A DNA stretch of 64,000 bases from Candidatus Nomurabacteria bacterium (GCA_020632155.1 JACKGE010000001.1:381302-445301); one strand, 5' to 3'; shown: positions 35,258 through 45,255, counted from the stretch's first letter. The notes: generated from the sequence alone by a model not told the origin. Numbers and translations: made by a program.

Positions 35258-38239
35258 ATGTACGTACTACGTTTTACAGTCAAGCAGTTGGCAAATAGAA
35301 AGCTGTTCCGCGGAGGTGTGGCAGTACTCCTGATATTGGCGCAGGTGTCGGTTGTTGGTTTGTCGTATCCGCGCACAGCTAGTGCGGTCAACTGGAATAG
35401 CACCGACTGGCCGTACCGAGTGGTGCTTACCATTAACCCAACGCGGGTAAATGCCGATAGTGCGTCTACTACTATTTATGCTGGTGCTGGCTCTGGAACC
35501 TTTGTGGTACCAACAGGAGTAACCAGTGTCACGGTACATGCATGGGGTGGCGGCGGTGGCGCCGGAGGAAGCTATGCGGGAACCGGCGGCGCTGGCGGCG
35601 GCGCTGGGTACATGGAGGCGACACTCAGTGTTACATCAGGGGAATCACTGGGATACATCGTTGGCGGTGGCGGCGGCGGCGGTGCCCGAGAAGCCGTCTC
35701 AGTCCTTGCCGGCTATGGCGGCGGTGGCGGCGGACATACAGAAGTAACCCGTAGCGGCGATGTTCTCGTTATTGCTGCTGGCGGCGGCGGTGGTGGCGGT
35801 AGTTATACCGAGAGCTATGCCGGCGGCGGTGGTGGCGGTAGTACTGGTGTCGCCGGTACTAATAATGGAGGTATTACTACTGGTGGTACGGGAGGTAGTC
35901 AGTCTGCAGGCGGTACTGGTGGTACCAACGGTGGTACCAACGGAGCGTCAGAAAGCGGCGGCGCCGGCGGCGCCAAAACGGCTGCTTCGTGTGCTACGAA
36001 CTCTTCCGGCGGCGGCGGTACAGGCGGGAGTAATGGTGGTGGTGCCGGCGGTTCAATCACTGGGAGTGCTTCGTATTGTGGCGCTGGTGGTGGTGGTGGA
36101 AGCGGCTATTATGGCGGCGGTGGTGGCGGCGCTGGCGCTTACTTTGGTGTCAGTGGTGCTGGCGGCGGCGGTGGTTCGAGTTACGCTACCTCAACTGCCT
36201 CAGCTACATCGACTGCAGCGGGTAGCGGCGTTACCGCCGGCGGTTCGGGTAATACCTACTACACCGGTGGTGCTGGACAGGGCGGCGCTGGTGTTAGTGC
36301 CGGTGCAGGCAATGCTGGTAATCCGGGGTTGCTAGTCTTTGAGTATGACCTGCCAAGTGCTGCGCAGACTGATTTTCCGGTCTACGTTGATCTCTCGGAC
36401 CTTCCAGCCAGTTTCTGGTCGTACGCACGCAGTGACTGCGGCGATATTCGTATTGTTGCCAGTGATGGTTCTACTGAACTCCCGCGGGAAGTGGTGGCTT
36501 GTGATAATGCCAGCCAAACCGGTGAGCTGTGGTTTAAGGCCCCGCAGGTTTACTCTTCGCAGCCGACTCGGTTCTATATTTATTACGGCTATGCTTCTGG
36601 TACCGATTATACCGAGTCAGAGACGTACGGTGCAGAAAATGTCTGGACTAATAATTACGTTGCGGTCTACCACCTTAATGAGACCGTCAATAACACGGCT
36701 GGTGGATATAAAGACTCAACTGCCAATGGTAACGATGGTACTGGTAGCTCTATGGCGCTTTCGCGAGTGTCAGGTGCACTTGGCGGCGGGTATGCCCAAG
36801 AGTTTGACGGTACTAATGATTACATCACTGCACCGGCTTCCATCACTGCTGAAAACTCAGTTACACTCTCTGCGTGGGCGCAGCCGCAGACTACTGCTGC
36901 CTTTGAAGCGATCATTTCGTCTCGAGACGCTGGTTTGTCCGGCATGCTCCTGTCGGGACTAAATAGTACCCGCCTAGCGTATGCTTGGGACGCTTCAACC
37001 GCCGAGTATTACTATAACGATGCCGCTCTTACTCTTGATATTGATGAGTGGAACTATACGGCGGTGGCGGTGGCTCCTACGGAAACCAATTTGTATGTCA
37101 ATAACAATCAATCAACCCACTCGGAAGCGGCATCAGCACGCAGTATTACCGACTGGGAAATAGCGTATGAGACCGGTGCTGCTAATCGTAAGTGGGACGG
37201 GTACCTTGATGAAGTCAGGGTGGCGTCTGTAACGCGTTCACCAGAATGGATACAGACGGAGTATAACAACCAATTTTCTCCCAGCACCTTTTATTTCATC
37301 TCAAGTGGTTCGGACACCTCACTGTCGCGACGCATGCGTTTGTTTGAAGGATATACCGTTAAACTGTATACCAGCTCAAGTAAAGTGTTAACTGACATAA
37401 CCCAGAGTTTTACATCGGTTGGAACTACCACGTGGACCGTACCAGACGGTGTTACTAGTGTGGACGTGCTTCTGGTTGGCGGCGGCGGCGGTGGTGGTGG
37501 TAGTGAAGCTAATGTCAATGGTGATTCCGGAGGAGGTGGCGGTGCGGGTGAGTATATATACCAGACCAGCTACAGTGTCACTCCAAGTGCTAACCTGACG
37601 GTGGTAGTAGGTGATGGGGGAGCCGGACAAGCTAGCGGACAGGGCGCTATTGGTACCGGAACTGGCGGTACGGGTGACCGTTCAGTCTTTGATTCGTTAG
37701 TAGCCGTTGGCGGCGGTGGCGGTGGTGCCAACGACGCTAATGGTGGTAATGGCGGCTCCGGCGGCGGGGCAGGTGGTGAATGTAGTTCAGGCGCTCTTTC
37801 AGGAGGTACGGCCACTGCCGCTACTGGTTCAGGTAATGATGGTGGGGACGACAGTTCCAATGACTGTGCCCAAAGAGGTGGTTCTGGCGGTGGAGGAGCA
37901 GGGTCAGTCGGATCTGATTCGACGAACTATTCTGGAGCAGGCGGAGGTACAGGTATCGCCAATTCAATTACTGGTTCCTCTGTCTATTACGCAGCTGGTG
38001 GTGGAGGTGGTGGAGGCGGAGTAAATGCTGGAGGATCTGGCGGTTCCGGCGTAGGTGGTAATGGTGGTGGTGTCAGCAATACGGTCAGTGCTACTGATGG
38101 ACAGGATGGTACCGGCTCTGGCGGCGGTGGCGCGGGCGCCGGTACTCTCCCTGCTGGCGATGGTGGTTCGGGCGTCGTCGTATTATCGTTTGAGCAGCCA
38201 GTGCCACGCCCGACAATTATTCTGTACCCAAATAATTAG
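35258..38239 (+). CDS. secreted glycine-rich protein with two poly-Gly domains flanking DUF2341 and concanavalin/LamG-like (Laminin_G_3) domains
   Basis: N-terminal signal peptide. Two segments TxxVPxGVTSVxVxxxGGGGGGGG (GGC/GGT codon runs). DUF2341-like DIRIVASDGSTELPREVVACDNASQTGELWFKAP. LamG_3-like ...YAQEFDGTNDYITAP...LSAWAQP...WDGYLDEVRVASVTRSPEWIQTEY. Confidence 0.75.
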   Translation: MYVLRFTVKQLANRKLFRGGVAVLLILAQVSVVGLSYPRTASAVNWNSTDWPYRVVLTINPTRVNADSASTTIYAGAGSGTFVVPTGVTSVTVHAWGGGGGAGGSYAGTGGAGGGAGYMEATLSVTSGESLGYIVGGGGGGGAREAVSVLAGYGGGGGGHTEVTRSGDVLVIAAGGGGGGGSYTESYAGGGGGGSTGVAGTNNGGITTGGTGGSQSAGGTGGTNGGTNGASESGGAGGAKTAASCATNSSGGGGTGGSNGGGAGGSITGSASYCGAGGGGGSGYYGGGGGGAGAYFGVSGAGGGGGSSYATSTASATSTAAGSGVTAGGSGNTYYTGGAGQGGAGVSAGAGNAGNPGLLVFEYDLPSAAQTDFPVYVDLSDLPASFWSYARSDCGDIRIVASDGSTELPREVVACDNASQTGELWFKAPQVYSSQPTRFYIYYGYASGTDYTESETYGAENVWTNNYVAVYHLNETVNNTAGGYKDSTANGNDGTGSSMALSRVSGALGGGYAQEFDGTNDYITAPASITAENSVTLSAWAQPQTTAAFEAIISSRDAGLSGMLLSGLNSTRLAYAWDASTAEYYYNDAALTLDIDEWNYTAVAVAPTETNLYVNNNQSTHSEAASARSITDWEIAYETGAANRKWDGYLDEVRVASVTRSPEWIQTEYNNQFSPSTFYFISSGSDTSLSRRMRLFEGYTVKLYTSSSKVLTDITQSFTSVGTTTWTVPDGVTSVDVLLVGGGGGGGGSEANVNGDSGGGGGAGEYIYQTSYSVTPSANLTVVVGDGGAGQASGQGAIGTGTGGTGDRSVFDSLVAVGGGGGGANDANGGNGGSGGGAGGECSSGALSGGTATAATGSGNDGGDDSSNDCAQRGGSGGGGAGSVGSDSTNYSGAGGGTGIANSITGSSVYYAAGGGGGGGGVNAGGSGGSGVGGNGGGVSNTVSATDGQDGTGSGGGGAGAGTLPAGDGGSGVVVLSFEQPVPRPTIILYPNN

Positions 38240-38244
38240 TTATT

Positions 38245-38805
38245 ATGCGATATCTTGTCGGCATCATACTCACCTGTGCATTGCTTGGTATCATCGGTGT
38301 ATATATGTACGTACATGGTCAAGGAGGTAGCCCAACGCTGTTTGGTGAGCCCCTTCTTACCACTAACAAACAGAGCATAGTTTCTAGTGGTCGTACGGTA
38401 CCAAATGACGCACTTGAGTATCGAAGTGATTTTTATGGTTTTTCGGTCTTATACCCGAACTATCTACAGGTACGAGAATATCCGGGTGGAGATAACACCA
38501 CCACGCTCGTATTCCAGAATGCCGAAAAACCAGCGGGTTTTCAAATATTCATTTTGCCGTATAGCGCTAGTACCATCAGCGCCGAGCGCTTTCGTAAAGA
38601 TATACCGTCAGGTGTGCAGAAGAACCTCCAGACCATACAGCTTTCCGGCGCCGATGGAGCAGCTTTTTACAGCCAAGATCTGGCACTCGGTGAGACCTAC
38701 GAGGTGTGGGTGCTTCACAATGGATGGTTGTATGAAATAAACTCGCTGGCACCGCTTGATGAATGGCTCCAATCGATTCTAGGGACGTGGCAATTTTTGA
38801 ACTGA
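38245..38805 (+). CDS. hypothetical N-terminally membrane-anchored protein
   Basis: 186 aa. TM helix LVGIILTCALLGIIGVYMYV followed by a soluble domain. Start 6 nt after the upstream stop. Confidence 0.5.
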   Translation: MRYLVGIILTCALLGIIGVYMYVHGQGGSPTLFGEPLLTTNKQSIVSSGRTVPNDALEYRSDFYGFSVLYPNYLQVREYPGGDNTTTLVFQNAEKPAGFQIFILPYSASTISAERFRKDIPSGVQKNLQTIQLSGADGAAFYSQDLALGETYEVWVLHNGWLYEINSLAPLDEWLQSILGTWQFLN

Positions 38806-38907
38806 TAGAGCATATCCACACAGGCGTATGGGTGGGAATAAAAATGGTAGTGGGTGGGGTATAATTAAGTGATATCCAATTAACAACCTAGCCGTTTTGT
38901 ATTTACT

Positions 38908-39612
38908 ATGTCGTTAAATCTTTCGTATCGGGCACTCTACCAAGCCCTCAGCAGCGCTGTCATACTTGCCGTATTGGCTGCTACTATATATGTGTTCTAC
39001 GAACCGGTGTCTACTCATGCTCAAGACTCGCAGACATTTACTGTCACGCAGGACATTACCGGTGAGATATCACTCACTCTGAGTACCACTACAGTCATTA
39101 TGGTTGGTCCGATTGCTGGTCTTACCGGAGGGGCTGCGACTGGTAGTATCAGTGCTATTGTGACCACTAACGACCCAGACGGCTACAATATGACCATCGA
39201 GTTCCCGTACGCAACTACAACCGGCATGGACGGTAATAACACAGCGGCGTATATCAACCATTACTCACCAGCAGTTGCTGGTACCCCAGACTATGCTTGG
39301 GTGGATAATTCAACTGGCGGCGCAGCTGAGTTTGGGTACACTGTGAGTGCTTCTACCAGTGCTGACCTAGGCCTTGTCTTTCAAGATGATGGCGGCGGTA
39401 ACTGTGGTGGCGGCGGTAATGACACTACCGCGTATAGCTGTTGGCTGAATGGTACCAACACCCCGATCACTATCACTAACCGCACCTCTGGCTCAGCCAC
39501 CAACGCCACTACCACTATCGTATTTCGGGTAAATGTACCAAACAACCCTTCACCAACCATTGATATCGATACGTACACAGCTACCGCCACATTGACCGCC
39601 ACTAACAATTAA
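38908..39612 (+). CDS. secreted beta-rich surface/fimbrial-like protein (paralog of 40718..41479)
   Basis: Signal anchor AVILAVLAATIYVFY. Thr/Ser/Gly-rich mature region shares ...LTxxxVxxGxxGGxAxGxxSxxVTTxxxxGYxxxI... and C-terminal ...CWxG...TTT(I/V)xF(R/Q)V...TYxAT(A/T)T(L/I)TA with the 40718 gene. Confidence 0.55.
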   Translation: MSLNLSYRALYQALSSAVILAVLAATIYVFYEPVSTHAQDSQTFTVTQDITGEISLTLSTTTVIMVGPIAGLTGGAATGSISAIVTTNDPDGYNMTIEFPYATTTGMDGNNTAAYINHYSPAVAGTPDYAWVDNSTGGAAEFGYTVSASTSADLGLVFQDDGGGNCGGGGNDTTAYSCWLNGTNTPITITNRTSGSATNATTTIVFRVNVPNNPSPTIDIDTYTATATLTATNN

Positions 39613-39630
39613 GTATAGACTGGGAGGGTT

Positions 39631-40704
39631 ATGACAGCACCAGCGCTCACAGATATTCGGACCTGGACACTCTTTTTAGTAGCGCTTATTTTGTGGCCAG
39701 TTGCAACTGGTGCGCAGACCACCGCTGGTAATGATACGGTCATTGTTGATGGCCTTCCGCTTTCGCTCGATACGTCACCAGTTACCACCAGCAGTGATAA
39801 CTGGTATGAAGTTACAACCATCGGTTCTGAAGACGATGCCACCGTTGGCGACTTTGTTGTTGGGCCGGGGAAGATTGAAATAGAAATAGAGCCGGGAGAG
39901 AGTAAAACGGTCTTCATCAACGTTTCAAACCGTACCGGTGAGGAGCGAGTCTTTAATTTTGGTATTGAGGACATGATCGGTAGTGATGATCCAAGTAAGA
40001 CCATCGAGCTCCTAGGTAGCACAGTGGGTCCATATTCGGTACAGAGTCTGTTATCGCTTGGCGGAACATCATTGATACTTAAAAACAACGAACGTGCCCG
40101 CGTGCCGGTCACTATTACTATTCCACCTGACGCTGACCCGGGGGGACACTACGGAAGTGTTCTAGTTGATACGGTAGCGGTAAAAAGTGGTGCTGGTCAG
40201 GCTGACGTCGTTACGCCACAGTCACCGGTGGTGGCTCGTATTGGGACACTATTCTTTGTAACGGTGCCGGGGGCAGTAGACCGCGAAGGATCGCTCCAAG
40301 AGATCGCTACCGTTCCCGATACGTGGTGGCATGAGTCTGGCCCAATCACTTTTTCTGTTCTCTTTAAAAATACCGGTTCGGTACACCTAGCACCGTATGG
40401 TGAGCTTCGTATTACAAACATAACGGGGCAGGAAGTTGGATACGTAGAACTAGATCCGTGGTTTGCTATGCCCGGCTCACTGCGCTCGCGGGACATTATT
40501 TGGGACCGAGCGGGTCTCTTTGGGCGCTATACGGCAACGGTGCGTGTGAATCGGAGCTACAATGACATTATCGATGAAGCTTCCGTTACATTCTGGGTGG
40601 TACCATGGAAATTCATTGTCATAGCAGTGATCGTTTTGATGATTATAGTACTCTTGCTACGGTATCTCTTCCGAAATTTTGAATTCAAACGCAAAGACGC
40701 GTAG
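39631..40704 (+). CDS. cell-surface protein with N-terminal signal peptide and C-terminal TM anchor (architecture like DUF916/CscA-type anchors)
   Basis: Signal peptide WTLFLVALILWPVATGA. ~300-aa beta-rich ectodomain. C-terminus WKFIVIAVIVLMIIVLLLRYLFRNFEFKRKDA (TM plus basic stop-transfer). Confidence 0.6.
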   Translation: MTAPALTDIRTWTLFLVALILWPVATGAQTTAGNDTVIVDGLPLSLDTSPVTTSSDNWYEVTTIGSEDDATVGDFVVGPGKIEIEIEPGESKTVFINVSNRTGEERVFNFGIEDMIGSDDPSKTIELLGSTVGPYSVQSLLSLGGTSLILKNNERARVPVTITIPPDADPGGHYGSVLVDTVAVKSGAGQADVVTPQSPVVARIGTLFFVTVPGAVDREGSLQEIATVPDTWWHESGPITFSVLFKNTGSVHLAPYGELRITNITGQEVGYVELDPWFAMPGSLRSRDIIWDRAGLFGRYTATVRVNRSYNDIIDEASVTFWVVPWKFIVIAVIVLMIIVLLLRYLFRNFEFKRKDA

Positions 40705-40717
40705 TACAATAAGGGGT

Positions 40718-41479
40718 ATGAAGGCCGTCGTACTCAGTGTTCTTTTCTGGACAACACTCTCATTACTTTGGTGTTACTCACCTGACGCCTTAGCGCAGGT
40801 GATGCAGAGTAATAATTTTCAGATCCAAAGTGATTCGGTTAATGTCGGTGGCGGTAATGCAACTTCGAGTAATTATCGACTTGAAAGTACCGTGGGTGAA
40901 GTTGCTACAGGAGATAGTGATAGCAGTAGCTTTTCTCTGCGCGCCGGTTATCAGCAAATGCAAGAAGTGTATCTTTCACTTAGTAACGTAGGAGACCTCA
41001 CACTTACCCCAACCATCCCTGGTGTAACTGGTGGTAGTGCCAGCGGCACGGTATCGGTGGTGGTCACGACTGACAGTCTGGCTGGCTATCAACTTTCTAT
41101 CGCGGCAGACAATGATCCAGCGATGCAGAGCGACCTTGACTCGATTGCAGACTACGTCCCTATCGGTGCTGTACCAGACTTTACCTTTAATTACGCCGCC
41201 AGCGACGCTCTCTTTGGCTACTCACCGGAAGGTGGTGATATCACTGTGCGGTACCGAGATAACGGAGCGGATACCTGTGGTATTGATACTACCGATACTT
41301 CTTCTCGATGTTGGGATGGTCTTTCAACAACATCAGCAACCATAGCGCGAGGTGCTGGTTCAAATCATCCAGACGGGGCTACTACTACCGTCCGTTTCCA
41401 AGTCAGTATCGGCGGTGCTGTTGCGCAAACTGTCGGTACATACGTGGCCACTACCACCATAACTGCGCTGCCACTATGA
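40718..41479 (+). CDS. secreted beta-rich surface/fimbrial-like protein (paralog of 38908..39612)
   Basis: ATG at 40718 is preceded by AAGGGG. Signal peptide MKAVVLSVLFWTTLSLLWCYSPDALA. See paralog evidence above. The ORF-track start at 40679 would overlap the upstream gene. Confidence 0.55.
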   Translation: MKAVVLSVLFWTTLSLLWCYSPDALAQVMQSNNFQIQSDSVNVGGGNATSSNYRLESTVGEVATGDSDSSSFSLRAGYQQMQEVYLSLSNVGDLTLTPTIPGVTGGSASGTVSVVVTTDSLAGYQLSIAADNDPAMQSDLDSIADYVPIGAVPDFTFNYAASDALFGYSPEGGDITVRYRDNGADTCGIDTTDTSSRCWDGLSTTSATIARGAGSNHPDGATTTVRFQVSIGGAVAQTVGTYVATTTITALPL

Positions 41480-42987
41480 CCTTGGTTACGCGTTTACTTA
41501 CCGCTCTATTGCTACTCTGTCCCGCTATGACATTTGCTGTTTCGGGGGATTTCAATATTCGCGTACAAGTTGGTGATGATACCGAAGCCCCGACCACTCC
41601 GGCAAATGTAACTGCTACGCCTATTAGTACCGATCAAATAGACCTTGATTGGGATGATAGTACTGACAACTTGGTACTTTCCGGCTATCAAGTATTTCGT
41701 GACGGCCTCCAAATTGCCACTACAACGGTTTCGAGCTACGCTGACTCAGGACTTACTGCCGATACACTCTACTCATACTATGTGACCGCGTTTGATAACA
41801 GTTACAACGTATCGAGTTCGTCGGTGACCGTGGCCACGTCAACTCTGCCCGTTGTAGTAGCAACCTCAACGGCAACGTCGAGTAGCCATAATTATGGTAG
41901 CTATATTCCGCGTGGTCCTGTAGAGGTAGAAAATTTTCAGATATCCTCTAGTGAAACAACAGCAGTTATAACATTTGACACAAACGTATACACAAAGTTA
42001 CTGCTTCGTTGGGGTCGAACACCGTCTTATGAACTTGGATACATTGGTAGTGATGCGTACAAGACATCCTACCGCACTCTCATCACTGATCTTGAGCCGG
42101 GGACTACATATGAACTAGAGCTACGGCTTACTGAGCGGTTTGGAGTTGAGGAATACGTAAAGCGGGTATCGTTTACTACAGACAACGGTCCGGATACGGT
42201 GCCTCCAGCCAACGTCTGGGGTCTTACTGCATCGCTCCAAAATGATGGCAGTATAACGCTTAACTGGCAGAACCCACATGAGCCTGACTTTAGCCATGTC
42301 CGTGTCGTTGGTAGCAACCTGTTTTATCCTGCCGGTCCGTATGATGGTTGGATTGTCTATGAGGGTGAGGGAACAAGCGTTCGTGATCCACGAACTGACC
42401 TCGGTCGGTACCGATATTACTCAGTTTTTTCGTACGATACATCGGGCAACATATCTTCTGGCGCGGTGGTTATGGTTGACACAGACCCCACTGCACCACC
42501 AGAGCTACCAAGCGAATCTCTTGATACCTCGTTTGATCTTTTTATGAGCGACCTGCAATTTTGGCAATCGGGTTCGTACGTTTCGCCTGACGCTGAGACG
42601 ATAGCTCTTAAGCGCGGAGTGCCGTTTACAGTATCGCTTCCGTATGGGGTGGTGCCTGAGCATCTCAAGACCATCGTGGTGACGTTCCATCATCCCGTCA
42701 ACACCAATCAGATATTCTCATTTATTCTACGTATCAATCATGACAAAACAGCGTATGAGGCTACCATTGGCGGTCTTGAGACACTCGGCTACTATCCAAG
42801 TACCTTGGAACTCTATGACTACGAAACGCGCACCATAAAGCGAGCGGAAGGACAAATTAACGTGATTAGTGAGATTATTCCGCAGATCAAACACGAAAAT
42901 AAGTTTCTTGTCTGGTGGTTTCTGTGGCCAGTTATACTCTTAGTACTTCTGCTTTTGATACTCCTACGTTCTCGGTCACGTGGTTGA
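41476..42987 (+). CDS. fibronectin type III domain cell-surface protein with C-terminal TM anchor
   Basis: ATGA start/stop overlap with the upstream gene. Signal peptide MTLVTRLLTALLLLCPAMTFA. FN3-like TPISTDQIDLDWDDSTDNLVLSGYQVFRDG...YSYYVTAFDNSYNVS. C-terminal FLVWWFLWPVILLVLLLLILLRSRSRG. Confidence 0.65.
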   Translation: MTLVTRLLTALLLLCPAMTFAVSGDFNIRVQVGDDTEAPTTPANVTATPISTDQIDLDWDDSTDNLVLSGYQVFRDGLQIATTTVSSYADSGLTADTLYSYYVTAFDNSYNVSSSSVTVATSTLPVVVATSTATSSSHNYGSYIPRGPVEVENFQISSSETTAVITFDTNVYTKLLLRWGRTPSYELGYIGSDAYKTSYRTLITDLEPGTTYELELRLTERFGVEEYVKRVSFTTDNGPDTVPPANVWGLTASLQNDGSITLNWQNPHEPDFSHVRVVGSNLFYPAGPYDGWIVYEGEGTSVRDPRTDLGRYRYYSVFSYDTSGNISSGAVVMVDTDPTAPPELPSESLDTSFDLFMSDLQFWQSGSYVSPDAETIALKRGVPFTVSLPYGVVPEHLKTIVVTFHHPVNTNQIFSFILRINHDKTAYEATIGGLETLGYYPSTLELYDYETRTIKRAEGQINVISEIIPQIKHENKFLVWWFLWPVILLVLLLLILLRSRSRG

Positions 42988-43045
42988 GGATAGATGCTCT
43001 TTTTACTTCGAGTGATGGAGTATAGTTAAGGTATAGATAAAATAT

Positions 43046-44086
43046 ATGAGTAATAAAGCAAAAATAGCTATCAATGGTTTTGGGCGTATTGGCCGCGCTT
43101 TCTTTCGGTTGGCGGTGCTTGATCCGAACCTAGAGATAGTGGCCATTAATGACCTTGGAGATATCAATAACCTTGCATATCTACTGCAGTACGACACCGT
43201 CTACGGAAGAAGTCCGCTGGAGATTTCGGTGGAAGGTACCATGTTGGTGGTAAATGGACAGAAAATAACGTTTATCAGTGAAAGGGATCAGACCAAACTG
43301 CCGTGGGGAGACCTCGGTATTGATATCGTCCTTGAAGCCACTGGTGTGTTTGCTGGATATGACAAGTCTAAGTTTCACCTTGAAGCTGGTGCTAAGCGAG
43401 TGGTCATCTCTGCTCCGGTCAAAGACGATCCGGCTGCTGCTGGAGTCGTGGGCGGTACGGTCCTCATGGGAGTCAATGAGGACACACTTGCTGGCCAGCA
43501 GATATCTTCTAATGCATCATGCACCACCAATGCTGCTAGTCCGCTTATTGGTATTCTCAAAGAAAGTATCGGTATCGAAAAGGCACTCCTTAATACGGTT
43601 CATGCCTATACGGCCACGCAGTCACTAGTTGATGGTCCAAGTAAGAAGGACCTTCGCTCGGGACGAGCAGCGGCGCAAAACATTATCCCTAGTTCGACTG
43701 GAGCGGCTATTGCCACTACCTTGGCTCACAGCGAGCTGGCCGGTAAGTTTGATGGCATTGCCATGCGCGTGCCGGTGCCAGTCGGGTCCATTGTGGACAT
43801 TACATTCGTGGCCAGTCGCGAGACCACTGTAGAAGAAGTGAACGCTGCGCTTACAGAGGCAGCAGCCAGTAGTCAGTGGCAGGATATCTTTGCCGTTACC
43901 ACCGAGCCGATTGTTTCCTCCGATATCATTGGCGCTCCGTACGCTTCGATTGCTGACCTTTCGTTTACACGCGTTGCAGGAGGCAACTTGGTCAAGGTTT
44001 TGGCGTGGTATGACAATGAGACCAGTTACACGCATACATTGGTCAAACATGTTATTGCCGCCGCTGCGCAGCTACCATCAGCCTAA
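43046..44086 (+). CDS. gap: glyceraldehyde-3-phosphate dehydrogenase (type I)
   Basis: KIAINGFGRIGRAFFR NAD-binding start. Catalytic SNASCTTNAASPL motif. 346 aa. Confidence 0.9.
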   Translation: MSNKAKIAINGFGRIGRAFFRLAVLDPNLEIVAINDLGDINNLAYLLQYDTVYGRSPLEISVEGTMLVVNGQKITFISERDQTKLPWGDLGIDIVLEATGVFAGYDKSKFHLEAGAKRVVISAPVKDDPAAAGVVGGTVLMGVNEDTLAGQQISSNASCTTNAASPLIGILKESIGIEKALLNTVHAYTATQSLVDGPSKKDLRSGRAAAQNIIPSSTGAAIATTLAHSELAGKFDGIAMRVPVPVGSIVDITFVASRETTVEEVNAALTEAAASSQWQDIFAVTTEPIVSSDIIGAPYASIADLSFTRVAGGNLVKVLAWYDNETSYTHTLVKHVIAAAAQLPSA

Positions 44087-44091
44087 TCACC

Positions 44092-44586
44092 ATGTCACTA
44101 CCAACCATCTACATTGCCACTGACCATTCCGGTTTTGAGCTGAAAGAGATTCTGCGTGAATTTCTCAGTAGCGAACTTGGTTACACGGTAGAGGATTGTG
44201 GTGCGGTTAGTCTCGATAGTACGGATGATTATCCGGACTTTGTCCACGCTGCAGCAGCCGCGGTAGCAGAAGACCCAGGAACACGTCGGGGCATCGTCAT
44301 TGGTGCATCAGGACAAGGGGAGGCAATGGTTGCCAATCGCTACGCGGGCGTTCGAGCAGCGGTCTACTACGGTGCACCAGCTAAAGAGCAGACTGACGCT
44401 ACTGGCGCTACGCTTGATATGATTGAGTCAACACGACAACATAATGACGCCAATGTACTGTCACTGGGAGCTCGGTTTCTTGAGATTACAGCAGCAAAAG
44501 AAGCAGTACGAAAATGGCTTGAGACATCCTTTACGGCAGAAGAACGACATGTCCGTCGCATACAAAAGATAGAGGAAACACAATAA
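44092..44586 (+). CDS. rpiB: ribose-5-phosphate isomerase B (RpiB/LacAB family)
   Basis: IYIATDHSGFELKEILREFL...GIVIGASGQGEAMVANRYAGVRAA core. 164 aa. Confidence 0.8.
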   Translation: MSLPTIYIATDHSGFELKEILREFLSSELGYTVEDCGAVSLDSTDDYPDFVHAAAAAVAEDPGTRRGIVIGASGQGEAMVANRYAGVRAAVYYGAPAKEQTDATGATLDMIESTRQHNDANVLSLGARFLEITAAKEAVRKWLETSFTAEERHVRRIQKIEETQ

Positions 44587-44589
44587 GTC

Positions 44590-45255
44590 ATGAACTATAC
44601 GGTCGTTCCATCATTGCCCGCTAAAGACTTCACTGAGATAACCACTCTCGCGACTGCGCTTCGCGGCGTGGTCAGCGAACTGCAGATAGATATTGTAGAT
44701 GGACAGTTTGTACCGCCACTCGCGTGGCCGTTTACAGAGCCTGCGCCACTTGATGCATTCAGTAAGCTGGCGCTTGTCGCTCGTGACTTTTCTATTGAAA
44801 TGGACTGCATGGTCGCGCGTCCGGAGCAGTATCTTGATGTGTTTGTAACGCTTGGTGTTAAGCGTGTAGTGATCCATATGGGTTCAACAGAGGCGTATGA
44901 AAATATCTTTGCTCACGCAAATGCCCACAACTACACTGTTGGCTTTGCGCTTATGAATGATCGGCCGCTTCAAGAACTGGAATTATACATGGACAAAATA
45001 TCATTTGTGCAATTAATGGGTATCAAAGAAATAGGACAGCAAGGTCAACCCTTTGATGAGCGCACGCTCAAGCGAGCACATGAACTCCACGTTCAGTATC
45101 CAACGCTGGAGATAGCCGTTGATGGCAGTGTGAACAAAGATACCATCGCTCGCCTTAAGCAGGCTGGGGTGAATCGCTTTTTGCCCGGCTCAGCAGTAGC
45201 TAAGCAAGCGGACCCTGCTACTGCGTACAGAGAATTGGTGGCGCTCATTAATTAA
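44590..45255 (+). CDS. rpe: ribulose-phosphate 3-epimerase
   Basis: ELQIDIVDGQFVPP (HxDxMDGxFVPN-like) ... IAVDGSVNKDTIARLKQAGVNRFLPGSAV (xVDGGV...AGA..VxGSA). 221 aa. Directly follows rpiB and precedes tkt. Confidence 0.8.
   Translation: MNYTVVPSLPAKDFTEITTLATALRGVVSELQIDIVDGQFVPPLAWPFTEPAPLDAFSKLALVARDFSIEMDCMVARPEQYLDVFVTLGVKRVVIHMGSTEAYENIFAHANAHNYTVGFALMNDRPLQELELYMDKISFVQLMGIKEIGQQGQPFDERTLKRAHELHVQYPTLEIAVDGSVNKDTIARLKQAGVNRFLPGSAVAKQADPATAYRELVALIN

Noticed and set aside
35542-36335. Arg/Trp-rich (35542..35754) and Ala/Val-rich (35760..36335) ORFs and other same-strand alternative-frame ORFs
   Set aside because: These are alternative-frame translations of (GGC/GGT)n glycine-codon runs inside the 995-aa gene. 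They have no independent start context and fully overlap a better-supported CDS.
23305-38239. Prophage (because of the tail-fibre/S74 chaperone domain)
   Set aside because: No capsid, portal, terminase, integrase or lysis cassette appears anywhere in the window. Flanks are secA/obg/gatB and gap/rpiB. The domain is more likely co-opted into a cellular adhesin.
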